Below, in pieces: positions 17,698 through 27,544 of a DNA stretch of 35,593 bases. The position numbers and the translations under genes were made by a program. Numbering within the stretch: the stretch's first letter is position 1; every line of letters begins with the position of its first letter. The stretch is from Candidatus Woesearchaeota archaeon (GTDB lineage: Archaea > Nanobdellota > Nanobdellia > Woesearchaeales > GCA-2686295): assembly GCA_002686295.1 (NCBI GenBank), contig NZBB01000012.1, positions 1-35,593 of the forward strand. Reading direction: 5' to 3'. The notes beneath the pieces were generated by a model. It did no database searches and had not been told where the DNA came from. It saw only the letters and a program-made list of their open reading frames with translations.

Positions 17698-19053
17698 TTA
17701 AAATTTAAAACCAGATTTACCAGAAAAACGTTTCATAAGCTTATCAATATTCTTTTCGCCACCACCTTTCATCATTTTAGCCATCTTCTTAGACTGACGA
17801 AACTGTTTTATTAAAGAACGAACATCACTAACAGATAAACCAGAACCTTTAGCAATTCTTTGAACATGAGCACCATCAAGGACATCAGGATTCTCAAGCT
17901 CTTCTTTAGTCATGCTATCCATCGCATAACGCCACTTTTCAAGCATACCTTCCTGTACCTTTAAAGCATCTTTTGGAATTTTCAATTGACCAAAACCAGG
18001 AATCATCTCTGTAAGTTTACTTAAAGAACCCATTTTTTTCATGGCTTTCATCTGTTCATAAAGATCTATGAGATTATGCTCTCCTTTCAAAAATTTCTTT
18101 CCAAGATCCTCTGCTTCATCCTCAGACATCGCATCTCTTGCTTTTTCAAGCAAAGCATCTAAATCGCCCATACCAAGAAGTCTGCCGACAAAACCTTCTG
18201 GTTTGAATTCCTCTAAATCAGAAATCTTCTCGCCTACACCTAAAAACTTAACCTGAGAACCAGTTACAGTACAAGCTATTAAAGCACCACCACCTTTAGC
18301 AGTACCATCAAGTTTAGAAACAACAACACCAGAAACACCACAAGAATCATGAAACGCTTCAGCTTGCTTCTCTGCAGCTTGACCTATATCAGCACTCAAA
18401 ACAAGCAAGTTCTCATTAGCCTTAACAACTTTATTAAGAGAATTAAGCTCTTTAATCAGCTCAGCACTCAAAGCATCACGCCCAGCACTATCAACAATAA
18501 CCAAATCATATTTATCCAGATTTTTTTTATTAGAATTATATATTTTAACAGGGTTCTTTTCTTTTTTATCGCCAAAAAAGTCAACTTTTGCTTTTTCGGC
18601 CAACTGCTTTAACTGGTCATAAGCTGCAGGCCTCCATGTATCTGTCTGAATAACAGCAACTTTATAACCTCTAGACTTGAAAAATCTCGCCAATTTACCT
18701 GAAAGAGTTGTCTTTCCACTTCCAAACAAACCAACCAGTAAAATCTTGAAAGGCTTTTTTTTACCAATAGAAATTTTAGAGCCTGGACCCCCAAGAAAAT
18801 CGACTAATTCATCATAAACAATCTTTATCAAAAGTTCTTTCTTTGAGATAGCTGCAGAGTCTATTTCCTTTAAAGCACGTTTTTTTATTTTCTTAGTTAA
18901 ATCAAAAACAAGTTGTACATTAACATCTGCTTGAAGAAGAGCTTTCTGAATATCTTTAACTAATTCATTTATCAGCTTTTCATCAACAAAAACTGCTTTA
19001 GTAATTTTCTTCAAAGTATTTTTCAAAGAACTTGAAAGCTTATCTAATACCAT
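17698..19053 (-). CDS. srp54: Signal recognition particle 54 kDa protein
   Basis: ALLQADVN, GLFGSGKTT, DTWRPAA, DSAGR, SKLDGTAKGGG motifs and a Met-rich M domain. Confidence 0.97.
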   Translation of the reverse strand: MVLDKLSSSLKNTLKKITKAVFVDEKLINELVKDIQKALLQADVNVQLVFDLTKKIKKRALKEIDSAAISKKELLIKIVYDELVDFLGGPGSKISIGKKKPFKILLVGLFGSGKTTLSGKLARFFKSRGYKVAVIQTDTWRPAAYDQLKQLAEKAKVDFFGDKKEKNPVKIYNSNKKNLDKYDLVIVDSAGRDALSAELIKELNSLNKVVKANENLLVLSADIGQAAEKQAEAFHDSCGVSGVVVSKLDGTAKGGGALIACTVTGSQVKFLGVGEKISDLEEFKPEGFVGRLLGMGDLDALLEKARDAMSEDEAEDLGKKFLKGEHNLIDLYEQMKAMKKMGSLSKLTEMIPGFGQLKIPKDALKVQEGMLEKWRYAMDSMTKEELENPDVLDGAHVQRIAKGSGLSVSDVRSLIKQFRQSKKMAKMMKGGGEKNIDKLMKRFSGKSGFKF

Positions 19054-19140
19054 TCACTTATAAAATAATAAATTGTTTATAAATATTTACGTTGAAAACT
19101 TTAATAACCTTTTTATATCTAGGAAATAAACTTTTAATAA

Positions 19141-20112
19141 ATGAAAAAAACTATTGTGATAACAACTTTATTACTTTTGTTTCTGCAGTTAGCTTCAGCT
19201 CAAACAATCTCTAAACCTATAAAACTCGAAACAGTTAGCGATTATGAATCATTATCAAACACACCTGTTAATTATGAACTTAATTCTTTATCAAACAATA
19301 AAACTTTTGAAGGAACAATAATCTCGACAAATAATGGTTATATTGAACTAGATTTTTTCTCTGGTTTTCAAGAATTAATTTTGTCTATAGATAATATTAA
19401 TACAGAAGGAATTGATTTCTTTGGAAAACATTCTTTTTTTGTAAATGACTCTAAAGAAGTTGTTGTAGCATTATTTCCAGTAGGTTCTTTAAGGATAATA
19501 GTTGTTGACAAAAAGAACAATGCTTTGCAAACACCTATTAGAATTGACTGCTCAAAAACAAATGGAGTACAAGGATATTTTATGACAGATGAATTTGGAG
19601 TTCTGTCAGCAAACTACCTTCCAGTTGGAAGTTGTACAATTAGGTCGGCAGTTGATGATTTCATAAAAACAGAGTACATCAATATTTCTAAGGGATCAAG
19701 ACAAGAATTAACAATTAAATTCGAGGAATATTCTCAGAAAAACAAAGGATTAGTTTTTTGGTTTGTCACAATAATTTTTTTAGCAGTAATAATTTATTTA
19801 AAAAAAACATTAAAGAAAAAATCAACTGAAAAACTTTCAGAAAAAAAAGAATTATCGTCTGTAAAAGAAGACATACTAACTGCACTTGGTAAGAAAGAGC
19901 AGCAAGTTGTCAGATTCATGCTCAAAGAACAAGATATTAGCGATAAAAAAAGATTTTATCTTTCTCAAGCGTCTATTGTCAGAGGAGCAGATATTCCTAA
20001 AACATCTTTGGTTAGGATTTTTGATTCTTTGGAGCAAAAAAACATTTTGAAAATAGAGAAGTTTGGAAAGATGAAGAAAATCTCGTTTACAGATTGGTTC
20101 GAGTCCAAATAA
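19141..20112 (+). CDS. Membrane-anchored putative transcriptional regulator (signal peptide, extracellular beta domain, one TM, C-terminal wHTH)
   Basis: Signal ...LQLASA, carboxypeptidase-regulatory-like TDEFG..LPVG segment, TM LVFWFVTIIFLAVIIYL, then LGKKEQQVV...SQASIVRGADIPKTSLVRIFDSLEQKNILKIEKFGKMKKI (wHTH). Confidence 0.8.
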   Translation: MKKTIVITTLLLLFLQLASAQTISKPIKLETVSDYESLSNTPVNYELNSLSNNKTFEGTIISTNNGYIELDFFSGFQELILSIDNINTEGIDFFGKHSFFVNDSKEVVVALFPVGSLRIIVVDKKNNALQTPIRIDCSKTNGVQGYFMTDEFGVLSANYLPVGSCTIRSAVDDFIKTEYINISKGSRQELTIKFEEYSQKNKGLVFWFVTIIFLAVIIYLKKTLKKKSTEKLSEKKELSSVKEDILTALGKKEQQVVRFMLKEQDISDKKRFYLSQASIVRGADIPKTSLVRIFDSLEQKNILKIEKFGKMKKISFTDWFESK

Positions 20113-20263
20113 ACCTTCTTTCTCTAATCGGACGAAAATAACCTGAAATCAGCCATAATAATGTGTTTTGGCCCTTTTTTTACTTTTTTAGACCACTCAA
20201 AGTATTTATATTTGTCTCGCTTTATAACCTTTAAGCAAAACATAATTTGCGGAGGTAAACAAA

Positions 20264-21454
20264 ATGAATGAAAAAACATTGCTTGCATCATTGGTGTTAC
20301 TATTAATACTTGTGTCAAGCGTTAGTGCAGCTGTTCAGACAGAGATTGCACCAAACACATTAGCAATCAAAACAGCCGACAATAAATTTGTTGGAATACA
20401 AACAACAAATGACAAAGAAACTATAGAAGTTGAACTTGGAGAAGAGTTTAAAGCAAATATTGGCGATAGAATAAGAGTTGCAGATACAGCATTATTTTTT
20501 GAAATAGCTGATATAAAAGTAGAATACCCAACTTCTTTACCATATGTAAAGATGAAACCAATAGGGAAAGCTTTATTGTTAGTCTCATATAAAAGCGAGC
20601 TTGATGAATATATTAGTTCAGACTTAACTATTGAAGAAACAAGTTCAGACTTAACTATTGAAGAAACAACATCCATAGAACAACCAACAACTTATAAAAA
20701 AGCAAGAGTTGTTGTGGATCTATTTGATAGCAAAGACATTTTTGGTTTTTCTATAGAGTTTCGAAAGCTCAACGACAAAACAGCATTCTTCAAAGTAAAT
20801 AAAGGAAAAAATCCTGCAATATTAATGAATTCTGCTATTAGTATTGGTAATCCAGGCGACATGGGTATTCAAACCATCAAAGAACCAATGAAAAAACCAA
20901 CGTTCAAATTGATAATGCCGACAGAGAAAGGAATTACGGCAGGAATGATTGCAACTAACAGCATATCTATAAAACCAGGCGATTCAAAGCTCAGTTTCAA
21001 AGACTACGAAACAAAAAAAACAATTGAGATGGAAGCAGATCTTGAAAAAGGATTGGTTTTACCGATTGTAACAAGTGCCGAGAACAACTTTTTAACTATT
21101 AGAGGCAACAAAGAAAAACTGGAAAGTTATATCCGAGATGAGGAAACAGTTGTAAGCACAAGAGCAGAACTTATAAGCAAAGAAAACGGATTGTATCTTA
21201 AATCTGTTCATGGAGAAAAACCTGTAAAAGTAATGCCTTCAATAGCAGCTAAAAAAGCAATTTTGGCAATGGGCGGATTTGACAAAGCAGAGTTAAAAGC
21301 TGTTGAAAAACCAGTCTATAAGTTCAGCAAGGAGAAACAATCAAAGTTGTTCGGCTTAATACCTATAAAAATGCAGTTAGAAGCACAAATAGATGCCGAA
21401 ACAGGAGAACTTGTTTCTTCAAAGAAACCATGGTATGCTTTCTTAACAAGATAG
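20264..21454 (+). CDS. Secreted protein with C-terminal PepSY-like domain
   Basis: Signal peptide ...SSVSA, GGAGG SD, C-terminus PVYK...KLFGLIPIK...IDAETGE...KKPWYAFL. Confidence 0.8.
   Translation: MNEKTLLASLVLLLILVSSVSAAVQTEIAPNTLAIKTADNKFVGIQTTNDKETIEVELGEEFKANIGDRIRVADTALFFEIADIKVEYPTSLPYVKMKPIGKALLLVSYKSELDEYISSDLTIEETSSDLTIEETTSIEQPTTYKKARVVVDLFDSKDIFGFSIEFRKLNDKTAFFKVNKGKNPAILMNSAISIGNPGDMGIQTIKEPMKKPTFKLIMPTEKGITAGMIATNSISIKPGDSKLSFKDYETKKTIEMEADLEKGLVLPIVTSAENNFLTIRGNKEKLESYIRDEETVVSTRAELISKENGLYLKSVHGEKPVKVMPSIAAKKAILAMGGFDKAELKAVEKPVYKFSKEKQSKLFGLIPIKMQLEAQIDAETGELVSSKKPWYAFLTR
20615..20668 (+). repeat. Perfect 27-bp in-frame tandem duplication (SSDLTIEET x2)
   Basis: AGTTCAGACTTAACTATTGAAGAAACA at 20615-20641 and 20642-20668. 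Confidence 0.95.
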
Positions 21455-21469
21455 GAAATCATTAATTAA

Positions 21470-21498
21470 AGAATTTTTTATTTTTTTATTTTATTTTT
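21470..21498 (+). terminator. T-rich archaeal-type terminator
   Basis: Runs of T (TTTTTTATTTTTTTATTTTATTTTT) after the 21454 stop, between convergent genes. Confidence 0.5.
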
Positions 21499-21795
21499 TT
21501 AAATTCCTAATAACGCTTTTGCTTCATCACTAATCATTTTTGGAGTCCAAGGAGGGTCAAAAACGAATTCTACCTGTACCTTTTTCACCCCTTTCAACTT
21601 TTTGACTACTTCTTGCGACTCAGACATTATTTGAGGTGCAATAGGACATCCTGGTGAAGTTAGAGTCATATCTATCTCAACAAGACCATTATTAATTCTG
21701 ACATCATATACTAATCCGAGATTCACTAAATCAATTCCTAACTCAGGATCAACTACTTTCTTTAAAGCTTTCATAACATTCTCTTTTTTCACCAT
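21499..21795 (-). CDS. DUF59/SufT/MIP18-family Fe-S cluster assembly factor
   Basis: VVDPELGIDLVNLGLVY, MTLTSPGCP and FDPPW motifs. Confidence 0.93.
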   Translation of the reverse strand: MVKKENVMKALKKVVDPELGIDLVNLGLVYDVRINNGLVEIDMTLTSPGCPIAPQIMSESQEVVKKLKGVKKVQVEFVFDPPWTPKMISDEAKALLGI

Positions 21796-21838
21796 AATTT
21801 AATAGTGGAGAAGACCATTTATATAATTTATGATTTGA

Positions 21839-22414
21839 TTAAAGTCCCTTATTAAGAATTTTTTTTATATTGTATTTCTCTGTATACTCTGCCTGTGATT
21901 TTAATTGAAAAGATCTAAGAACATCCTGAATGACCTTTGCAGTCTTTTCAGGCTCATCAAGAAATTTTAGTTCAATCTCTTTCTGTCTCATACTGCTAAG
22001 CTCCAAAATCACCGTTCCAATACTGAAAAGACCATCAAAAAATCCATCATCATTAAATGCAACTCTTGAAATGTTTTGATAAGGAATATTTTTTGTTTTT
22101 GTGAATAAGAGAAATGATTTTTTTGTAAAAATTAATTTGTTCTCAAGAAATTTATATTTCACATTGGAAACTGCTAAATAAGTTGTTGCTAAAACAAACA
22201 TGGCAATTAAGAATAATATAAATATAACTCCGGAAAAAGCATCAATGCCAGATATTTTAATTCCAAAAGCCAAGAAAGACTCATACAAAGAATTTAATCC
22301 ACCAGATAACTGCATCAGAGCCAGTATTAAGACCATTACAAGCACTCCTGAAACTACTTTAAAAAGATTTATCAACAATATTTTCTTTTTATTAGGAGTT
22401 AAAAGCGTACCCAC
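21839..22414 (-). CDS. Membrane protein with bacterial PH (bPH_2-like) domain
   Basis: Two TM helices, then YKFLENKL...IPYQNISRV...GFFDGLFSIGTVILE. Confidence 0.7.
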   Translation of the reverse strand: MGTLLTPNKKKILLINLFKVVSGVLVMVLILALMQLSGGLNSLYESFLAFGIKISGIDAFSGVIFILFLIAMFVLATTYLAVSNVKYKFLENKLIFTKKSFLLFTKTKNIPYQNISRVAFNDDGFFDGLFSIGTVILELSSMRQKEIELKFLDEPEKTAKVIQDVLRSFQLKSQAEYTEKYNIKKILNKGL

Positions 22415-22469
22415 AAATATACTTATATCATAAAGAATTAATATATTTTTCTAAAAAAGAACTATTTTT

Positions 22470-23687
22470 CTAAAAATTTTCTTCAATCCTTAAAAGCTGA
22501 TTGTATTTTGCAGTTCTTTCTCCTCTACATGGAGCGCCTGTTTTTATCATACCACAACCAAGTGCAACAGCAAGATCGGCTATGAAGGAATCTTCTGTTT
22601 CTCCACTTCTATGACTAACCATAACCTTCCAACCTTCATAATAAGCTTTTTCTGCAGATTTTATTGCTTCTGTCACAGTCCCTATCTGATTAAGCTTCAA
22701 AAGTAATGCGTTGCACGCACCAACATCAGCAGCTTTTTTTATACGCTCAACATTAGTAACCAACAAATCATCACCAACGACCAATATTTTCTTGCTAACA
22801 TCTCTCATAAACTCAGCGAATGATTTAAAATCATCCTCTTGAAAAGGATCCTCTATAGATATTATTGGATACTTCTTAATTAACTTTTTATACAGATTTG
22901 CAAGCTCTTTTGAATCATAAGATTTTTCATTGACAAAATAACTTTTTTTCTTGTAAATATCCGATGCAGCTATGTCCATCGCCAATTTCACATCTTTTTC
23001 ATAACCCAAATTTTTTGCTGCTTCCATTATTAATTCTAAAGGCTCTTCAAAACTTACAATATCAGGAGCAAAACCTCCTTCATCACCAACACCTGTTGAT
23101 AAACCTTTTTTCTTCAAAATTGTTTTTAATTCATGATATATTTCTGAACCAATTCTTAATGATTCTGAAAAAGTTTTTCCTTGAGGAACAACCATGTATT
23201 CCTGAAAATCAAGATTGTTATCGGCATGCAAACCACCATTTATAATATTCATGAATGGTGTAGGCATCTTAGCATCCTGTTTTATTAACGAATTAAGATA
23301 TTCAAATAATTTCTGTCCTTTCTCCAAAGCAGCAACTCTTGCACAAGCCATGCTAACAGCAAGGATTGCATTTGCTCCAAAACGCCTCTTATTTTCTGTT
23401 CCATCTAATTGTATCATTAAGAAATCAAGTTCTGACTGATCAACAACATTTTTTCCTTTTAGAAATTTTTCTATACGCACAATTTTTTTAACTGCTTCTC
23501 TAACGCCTAAACCAAAATATCTTTTTTCTCCATCTCTCAACTCCAAAACTTCATGTTTTCCAGTACTGGCGCCTGAAGGAACTATTGCTCTCGCAGAAAA
23601 ATTTTCTGTAAATACTTCTGCCTCAATAGTCGGATTTCCCCTGGAGTCCAAAACTTCTCTTCCAAGAATCTTCGTTATTTTAGGCAT
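22470..23687 (-). CDS. eno: Enolase
   Basis: DSRGNPT, VPSGASTG, GDEGGFAP, LLKLNQIGT and SHRSGETED motifs. Confidence 0.98.
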   Translation of the reverse strand: MPKITKILGREVLDSRGNPTIEAEVFTENFSARAIVPSGASTGKHEVLELRDGEKRYFGLGVREAVKKIVRIEKFLKGKNVVDQSELDFLMIQLDGTENKRRFGANAILAVSMACARVAALEKGQKLFEYLNSLIKQDAKMPTPFMNIINGGLHADNNLDFQEYMVVPQGKTFSESLRIGSEIYHELKTILKKKGLSTGVGDEGGFAPDIVSFEEPLELIMEAAKNLGYEKDVKLAMDIAASDIYKKKSYFVNEKSYDSKELANLYKKLIKKYPIISIEDPFQEDDFKSFAEFMRDVSKKILVVGDDLLVTNVERIKKAADVGACNALLLKLNQIGTVTEAIKSAEKAYYEGWKVMVSHRSGETEDSFIADLAVALGCGMIKTGAPCRGERTAKYNQLLRIEENF

Positions 23688-23736
23688 ATTATTTAGAACA
23701 AAGCCACACTATATATAAGTTTTGATTAATTTGAAA

Positions 23737-26142
23737 CTATTTTTTCAAATTTTTTTCCTTCTCTGCAATCAAAAGAGTTGTTTTTATCACAGTATCAGGA
23801 TTTAATGAGATGCTCTGAATGCCTGCTTCAACTAAAAACTCTGCAAATTCAGGATAATCTGATGGTGCCTGACCACATATACCTATGTATTTTCCTTTTT
23901 TATTTGCCACATCTATAACTTTCCTTATCAATTTCTTCACAGATTCGTTTCTCTCATCATAAATATCACTAACTATTTCTGAATCTCTATCAAGACCGAG
24001 AGTTAATTGCGTTAAGTCATTACTACCTATTGAAAAACCGTCAAAAACATCTAAGAATTCATCTGCCTGTAAAACATTTGAAGGAATCTCACACATCCCA
24101 TAAACTTCAAGCCCATTTTCTTTCTGTTTTAGACCTGCTTCTTTCATTGTGGAAACTACTTTTTTTGCTTCTTTAATAGTTCTGCAGAAAGGAATCATGA
24201 CTTTCACATTTGTCAAACCAAATTCGTTTCTCACTTTAAGTATGGCCTTACATTCCAATTGAAATCCTTCCCTATATTCTTTTCTGTAAAAACGCGAAGC
24301 ACCCCTCCAACCAATCATAGGATTATCTTCTTTTGGCTCGTATAAATACCCTCCAATGAGATTTGCGTATTCATTGCTTTTGAAATCAGACATTCTTACA
24401 ATTACCGGATTAGGATAGAAAGCAGCAGCTATTTTCCCAATTCCTCTAGCCAGTTTATCTATGAAAAATCTTTTTTTATCATTATAATTATATGTTAAAT
24501 CAGATATTTTCTTTTTAAGGGCAGAATCTTTTATTTTTTCAAAGTTAATCAGTGCATTTGGATGAATTTGTATATGACTGTTTATTATGAATTCTTCTCT
24601 TGCAAGTCCAACTCCTTGACATGGTATGAATGAATCCTCAAAAGCTTGATCTGGCTGTGCAACATTCATCATTATCTTAGTTTTTGTTTCAGGCAAATTT
24701 TTAAGGTTATGCTCTTCTTTTTTGAATTTCAACAACCCTTTATAGACATACCCTATCTCTCCTTGAGAACAATCAATGGTTATTTTATCGCCATTTTTTA
24801 TTTGTTTTGTACCTTCATCAGTTCCAACAATGCAAGGTATGCCAAGCTCTCGACTAACAATTGCTGCATGACAGGTTCTTCCACCTCTGTTTGTTACTAT
24901 TGCAGATGCGATTTTCATTATTGGCTCCCAATCAGGATCAGTCATCTCTGTAACAAGAACTTCTCCTTTCTTGAATTCGTGAATTTTTTTAGGATCTTTT
25001 ATCACTCTTGCTTTTCCAAAACCTATTTTTTCACCTACAGAACTTCCTTCAACTATCACTGTTCCTTTCTCTTTCAAAACATATTTTATTATTTTAGTCA
25101 TATCCTTTTGTGAATGAACAGTCTCTGGTCTTGCTTGTACTATGAATAATTCACCAGTCAAACCATCTTTTGCCCATTCCATATCCATCGGTTTGAAATG
25201 ACCTGCTTTTTCTGAGTAATGATTCTCTATTATGCAAGCCCATTTTGCTAATTGCAGTACTTCATCTTCTGAAAGAACATATTTTTTTCTATCCTCTATA
25301 TCAACAGGAATATTTTTTATTAATTTTGAACCCTGAGAATCATAAACCATTTTCTTTGATTTTTCACCAACTTTTTTGCTTATGATTGGTTTAAATCCTA
25401 GCTTTAAAGTTGGTTTGAAAACATAATACTCGTCTGGATTAACACTTCCCTGCACTATGTTTTCTCCTAATCCATAAGAACCCGTTATGAAAGCAACTTC
25501 TTTAAATCCTGATTCCGTATCTATTGAGAACATCACTCCTGAACAAGCCTTATCTGAACGAACCATTTTCTGCACACCAATACTCAAACCAATAGAGAAA
25601 TGATCAAAATTTTTATCTTCACGATAACTTATAGCTCTATTTGTAAATAATGAAGCAAAGCATTTTTTACACGATTCTATTAACTGTGCTTCCCTAACAT
25701 TAAGATATGTTTCCTGCTGACCTGCAAAACTTGCATCCGGCAAGTCTTCTGCAGTTGCTGAACTTCTAACTGCAACATCCACTTGTTCACCATACTGTAT
25801 TTCCAAATGATGATAAGATTCTAGAATAACTTTTTTCAATTCTTCTGGTAACTCCGCTTTTAAAATTGTATGCCTAACTTTATATCCTCTTGTTTTAAGA
25901 TTCTCAATGCTTGAAGTATCAAGATCTGAAAGTATTTCTTTTATTCTGTCTTTTATGCCTGCTTTTTCCAGAAAATAATGATATGCCCTAGCAGTTACTA
26001 TAAAACCATTTGGTACTTTTACTCCTTTCTCTGACAAGTTTCTATACATCTCGCCAAGAGAAGCATTCTTACCACCAGCCAAACCAACATCCTCAATACC
26101 AACTTGATCAAACCAAAGAATAAAAGCTTCTTCTTTATTCAT
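23737..26142 (-). CDS. ppsA: Phosphoenolpyruvate synthase (pyruvate, water dikinase)
   Basis: GGKNASLGEM, AVRSSATAED, GGRTCHAAIVSRE (phospho-His) and FSIGSNDLTQ motifs. GAGGTG SD. Confidence 0.97.
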   Translation of the reverse strand: MNKEEAFILWFDQVGIEDVGLAGGKNASLGEMYRNLSEKGVKVPNGFIVTARAYHYFLEKAGIKDRIKEILSDLDTSSIENLKTRGYKVRHTILKAELPEELKKVILESYHHLEIQYGEQVDVAVRSSATAEDLPDASFAGQQETYLNVREAQLIESCKKCFASLFTNRAISYREDKNFDHFSIGLSIGVQKMVRSDKACSGVMFSIDTESGFKEVAFITGSYGLGENIVQGSVNPDEYYVFKPTLKLGFKPIISKKVGEKSKKMVYDSQGSKLIKNIPVDIEDRKKYVLSEDEVLQLAKWACIIENHYSEKAGHFKPMDMEWAKDGLTGELFIVQARPETVHSQKDMTKIIKYVLKEKGTVIVEGSSVGEKIGFGKARVIKDPKKIHEFKKGEVLVTEMTDPDWEPIMKIASAIVTNRGGRTCHAAIVSRELGIPCIVGTDEGTKQIKNGDKITIDCSQGEIGYVYKGLLKFKKEEHNLKNLPETKTKIMMNVAQPDQAFEDSFIPCQGVGLAREEFIINSHIQIHPNALINFEKIKDSALKKKISDLTYNYNDKKRFFIDKLARGIGKIAAAFYPNPVIVRMSDFKSNEYANLIGGYLYEPKEDNPMIGWRGASRFYRKEYREGFQLECKAILKVRNEFGLTNVKVMIPFCRTIKEAKKVVSTMKEAGLKQKENGLEVYGMCEIPSNVLQADEFLDVFDGFSIGSNDLTQLTLGLDRDSEIVSDIYDERNESVKKLIRKVIDVANKKGKYIGICGQAPSDYPEFAEFLVEAGIQSISLNPDTVIKTTLLIAEKEKNLKK

Positions 26143-26206
26143 TAAACACCTCTTTTTAATGTTCTTTAATTAGAAATCTTGTTTAAATAGTATATAAATT
26201 TTTTGC

Positions 26207-26629
26207 TCAAGGTTCGAAGAAAAACTTTTTTCCATAAGCTTTAACATATCCATTAAGTTTTTTAGACCAAACATAACCTTTTTCCTTGTAAACTGACAAA
26301 ACTTTGTCAGCAATATCAGAATTATATTCATACAAATTGCTACTGTCCAATAAATGAATGTTTTTATTTTTCGAAACTTTATGTTCAAATTGTTCAATAA
26401 CTTTTTTAATTAATTCCTCAGAATATCCGTTTCCTCTGAATTCTTTTTTTACGTTAAGCCAACAAAGATATACTGATATCCCTTCCTCACAATATTTCGG
26501 GAATACATGAGGATCTGTTGAGAAATCATATGATCCTATAAGATTATCGCCGATGAAAGCCTTAAAAAGATGAGATTTAATAAACGATTCTTTTCTAAAT
26601 TCATAATCAAGTTTTAATTCAATACCCAT
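26207..26629 (-). CDS. GNAT family N-acetyltransferase
   Basis: LNVKKEFRGNGYSEELI acetyl-CoA motif A and VYKEKGY. Start is ATG 26629 or 26674. Confidence 0.75.
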   Translation of the reverse strand: MGIELKLDYEFRKESFIKSHLFKAFIGDNLIGSYDFSTDPHVFPKYCEEGISVYLCWLNVKKEFRGNGYSEELIKKVIEQFEHKVSKNKNIHLLDSSNLYEYNSDIADKVLSVYKEKGYVWSKKLNGYVKAYGKKFFFEP

Positions 26630-26683
26630 ATAAACCACTATTTTTTCTTGAAAAAATTTGAAAATAACATTCATTAATAAATG

Positions 26684-27544
26684 TTAGCAAAATTCTTCCA
26701 TTAATTTCTTTATAGAAATATTTTTCAAGCTTTGTTTTACCAAAGGAGTTTTTTTCAACACCGGATGCGTTTCTTCATACAACTCTTTTTTCTCTTTGAA
26801 AAACACACCAATTGGAATCTTATCTCCAAACTCTATAGATTTTTTAAAAGCTCGCTCTAAATTATTTGGTTTATAACCTTTTTTTTGCAAATCATAAACT
26901 CTCTCTTTGAACCAATCATAAGTGTTGTGCTTATTGAATGTTACACATGGCTGAAACATATCTACAAAAGAAAATCCTTTGAATGAAACAGCATCTGCAA
27001 TTGTATTTGTTAAATGTTCAAGATCTCCTGCAAAACTTCTTGCTATGAAAGATGTTTTTTGAGCAACCGCTAAAGCAATAGGATTTACTGGCTCGTCAAA
27101 ATTTCCTATTTGAGAAGTAACTGATTTGTCTCCATGCATAGAAGTCGGAGATGTCTGTCCTTTCGTCAAACCATATATCTGATTGTCATGCACCAAAAGT
27201 GTGATGTCAATGTTTTTCCTCAATGATTGAATGAAATGATTCATACCCTCCCCATAAATATCTCCATCTCCGCCGATAACTATTACATGAAGTTTTTTAT
27301 TTGCTATCTTTATCCCTGTTCCTACTGGTAAACCTCTTCCATGGACACCATGATATCCAAAAGTATTTATCCATTGAGGAAGCTTTGAAGAACATCCTAT
27401 TCCAGATACAACCACTACTTGATTTGGATTAAGATTCAGTTTAACAATCGCTCTTTTTAGAGCATTAAGTATTATGTAATCGCCACAACCAGGACACCAG
27501 TCAGGAGTGTAGTTTCCTGTTGATAAATTTTTCAATTCAACCAT
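26684..27544 (-). CDS. 2-oxoacid:ferredoxin oxidoreductase beta subunit
   Basis: WCPGCG, SGIGCS, HGR and the TPP motif GDGD...DNQIYGLTKGQ. Start re-called to ATG 27544 after AGGTG. Confidence 0.95.
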   Translation of the reverse strand: MVELKNLSTGNYTPDWCPGCGDYIILNALKRAIVKLNLNPNQVVVVSGIGCSSKLPQWINTFGYHGVHGRGLPVGTGIKIANKKLHVIVIGGDGDIYGEGMNHFIQSLRKNIDITLLVHDNQIYGLTKGQTSPTSMHGDKSVTSQIGNFDEPVNPIALAVAQKTSFIARSFAGDLEHLTNTIADAVSFKGFSFVDMFQPCVTFNKHNTYDWFKERVYDLQKKGYKPNNLERAFKKSIEFGDKIPIGVFFKEKKELYEETHPVLKKTPLVKQSLKNISIKKLMEEFC

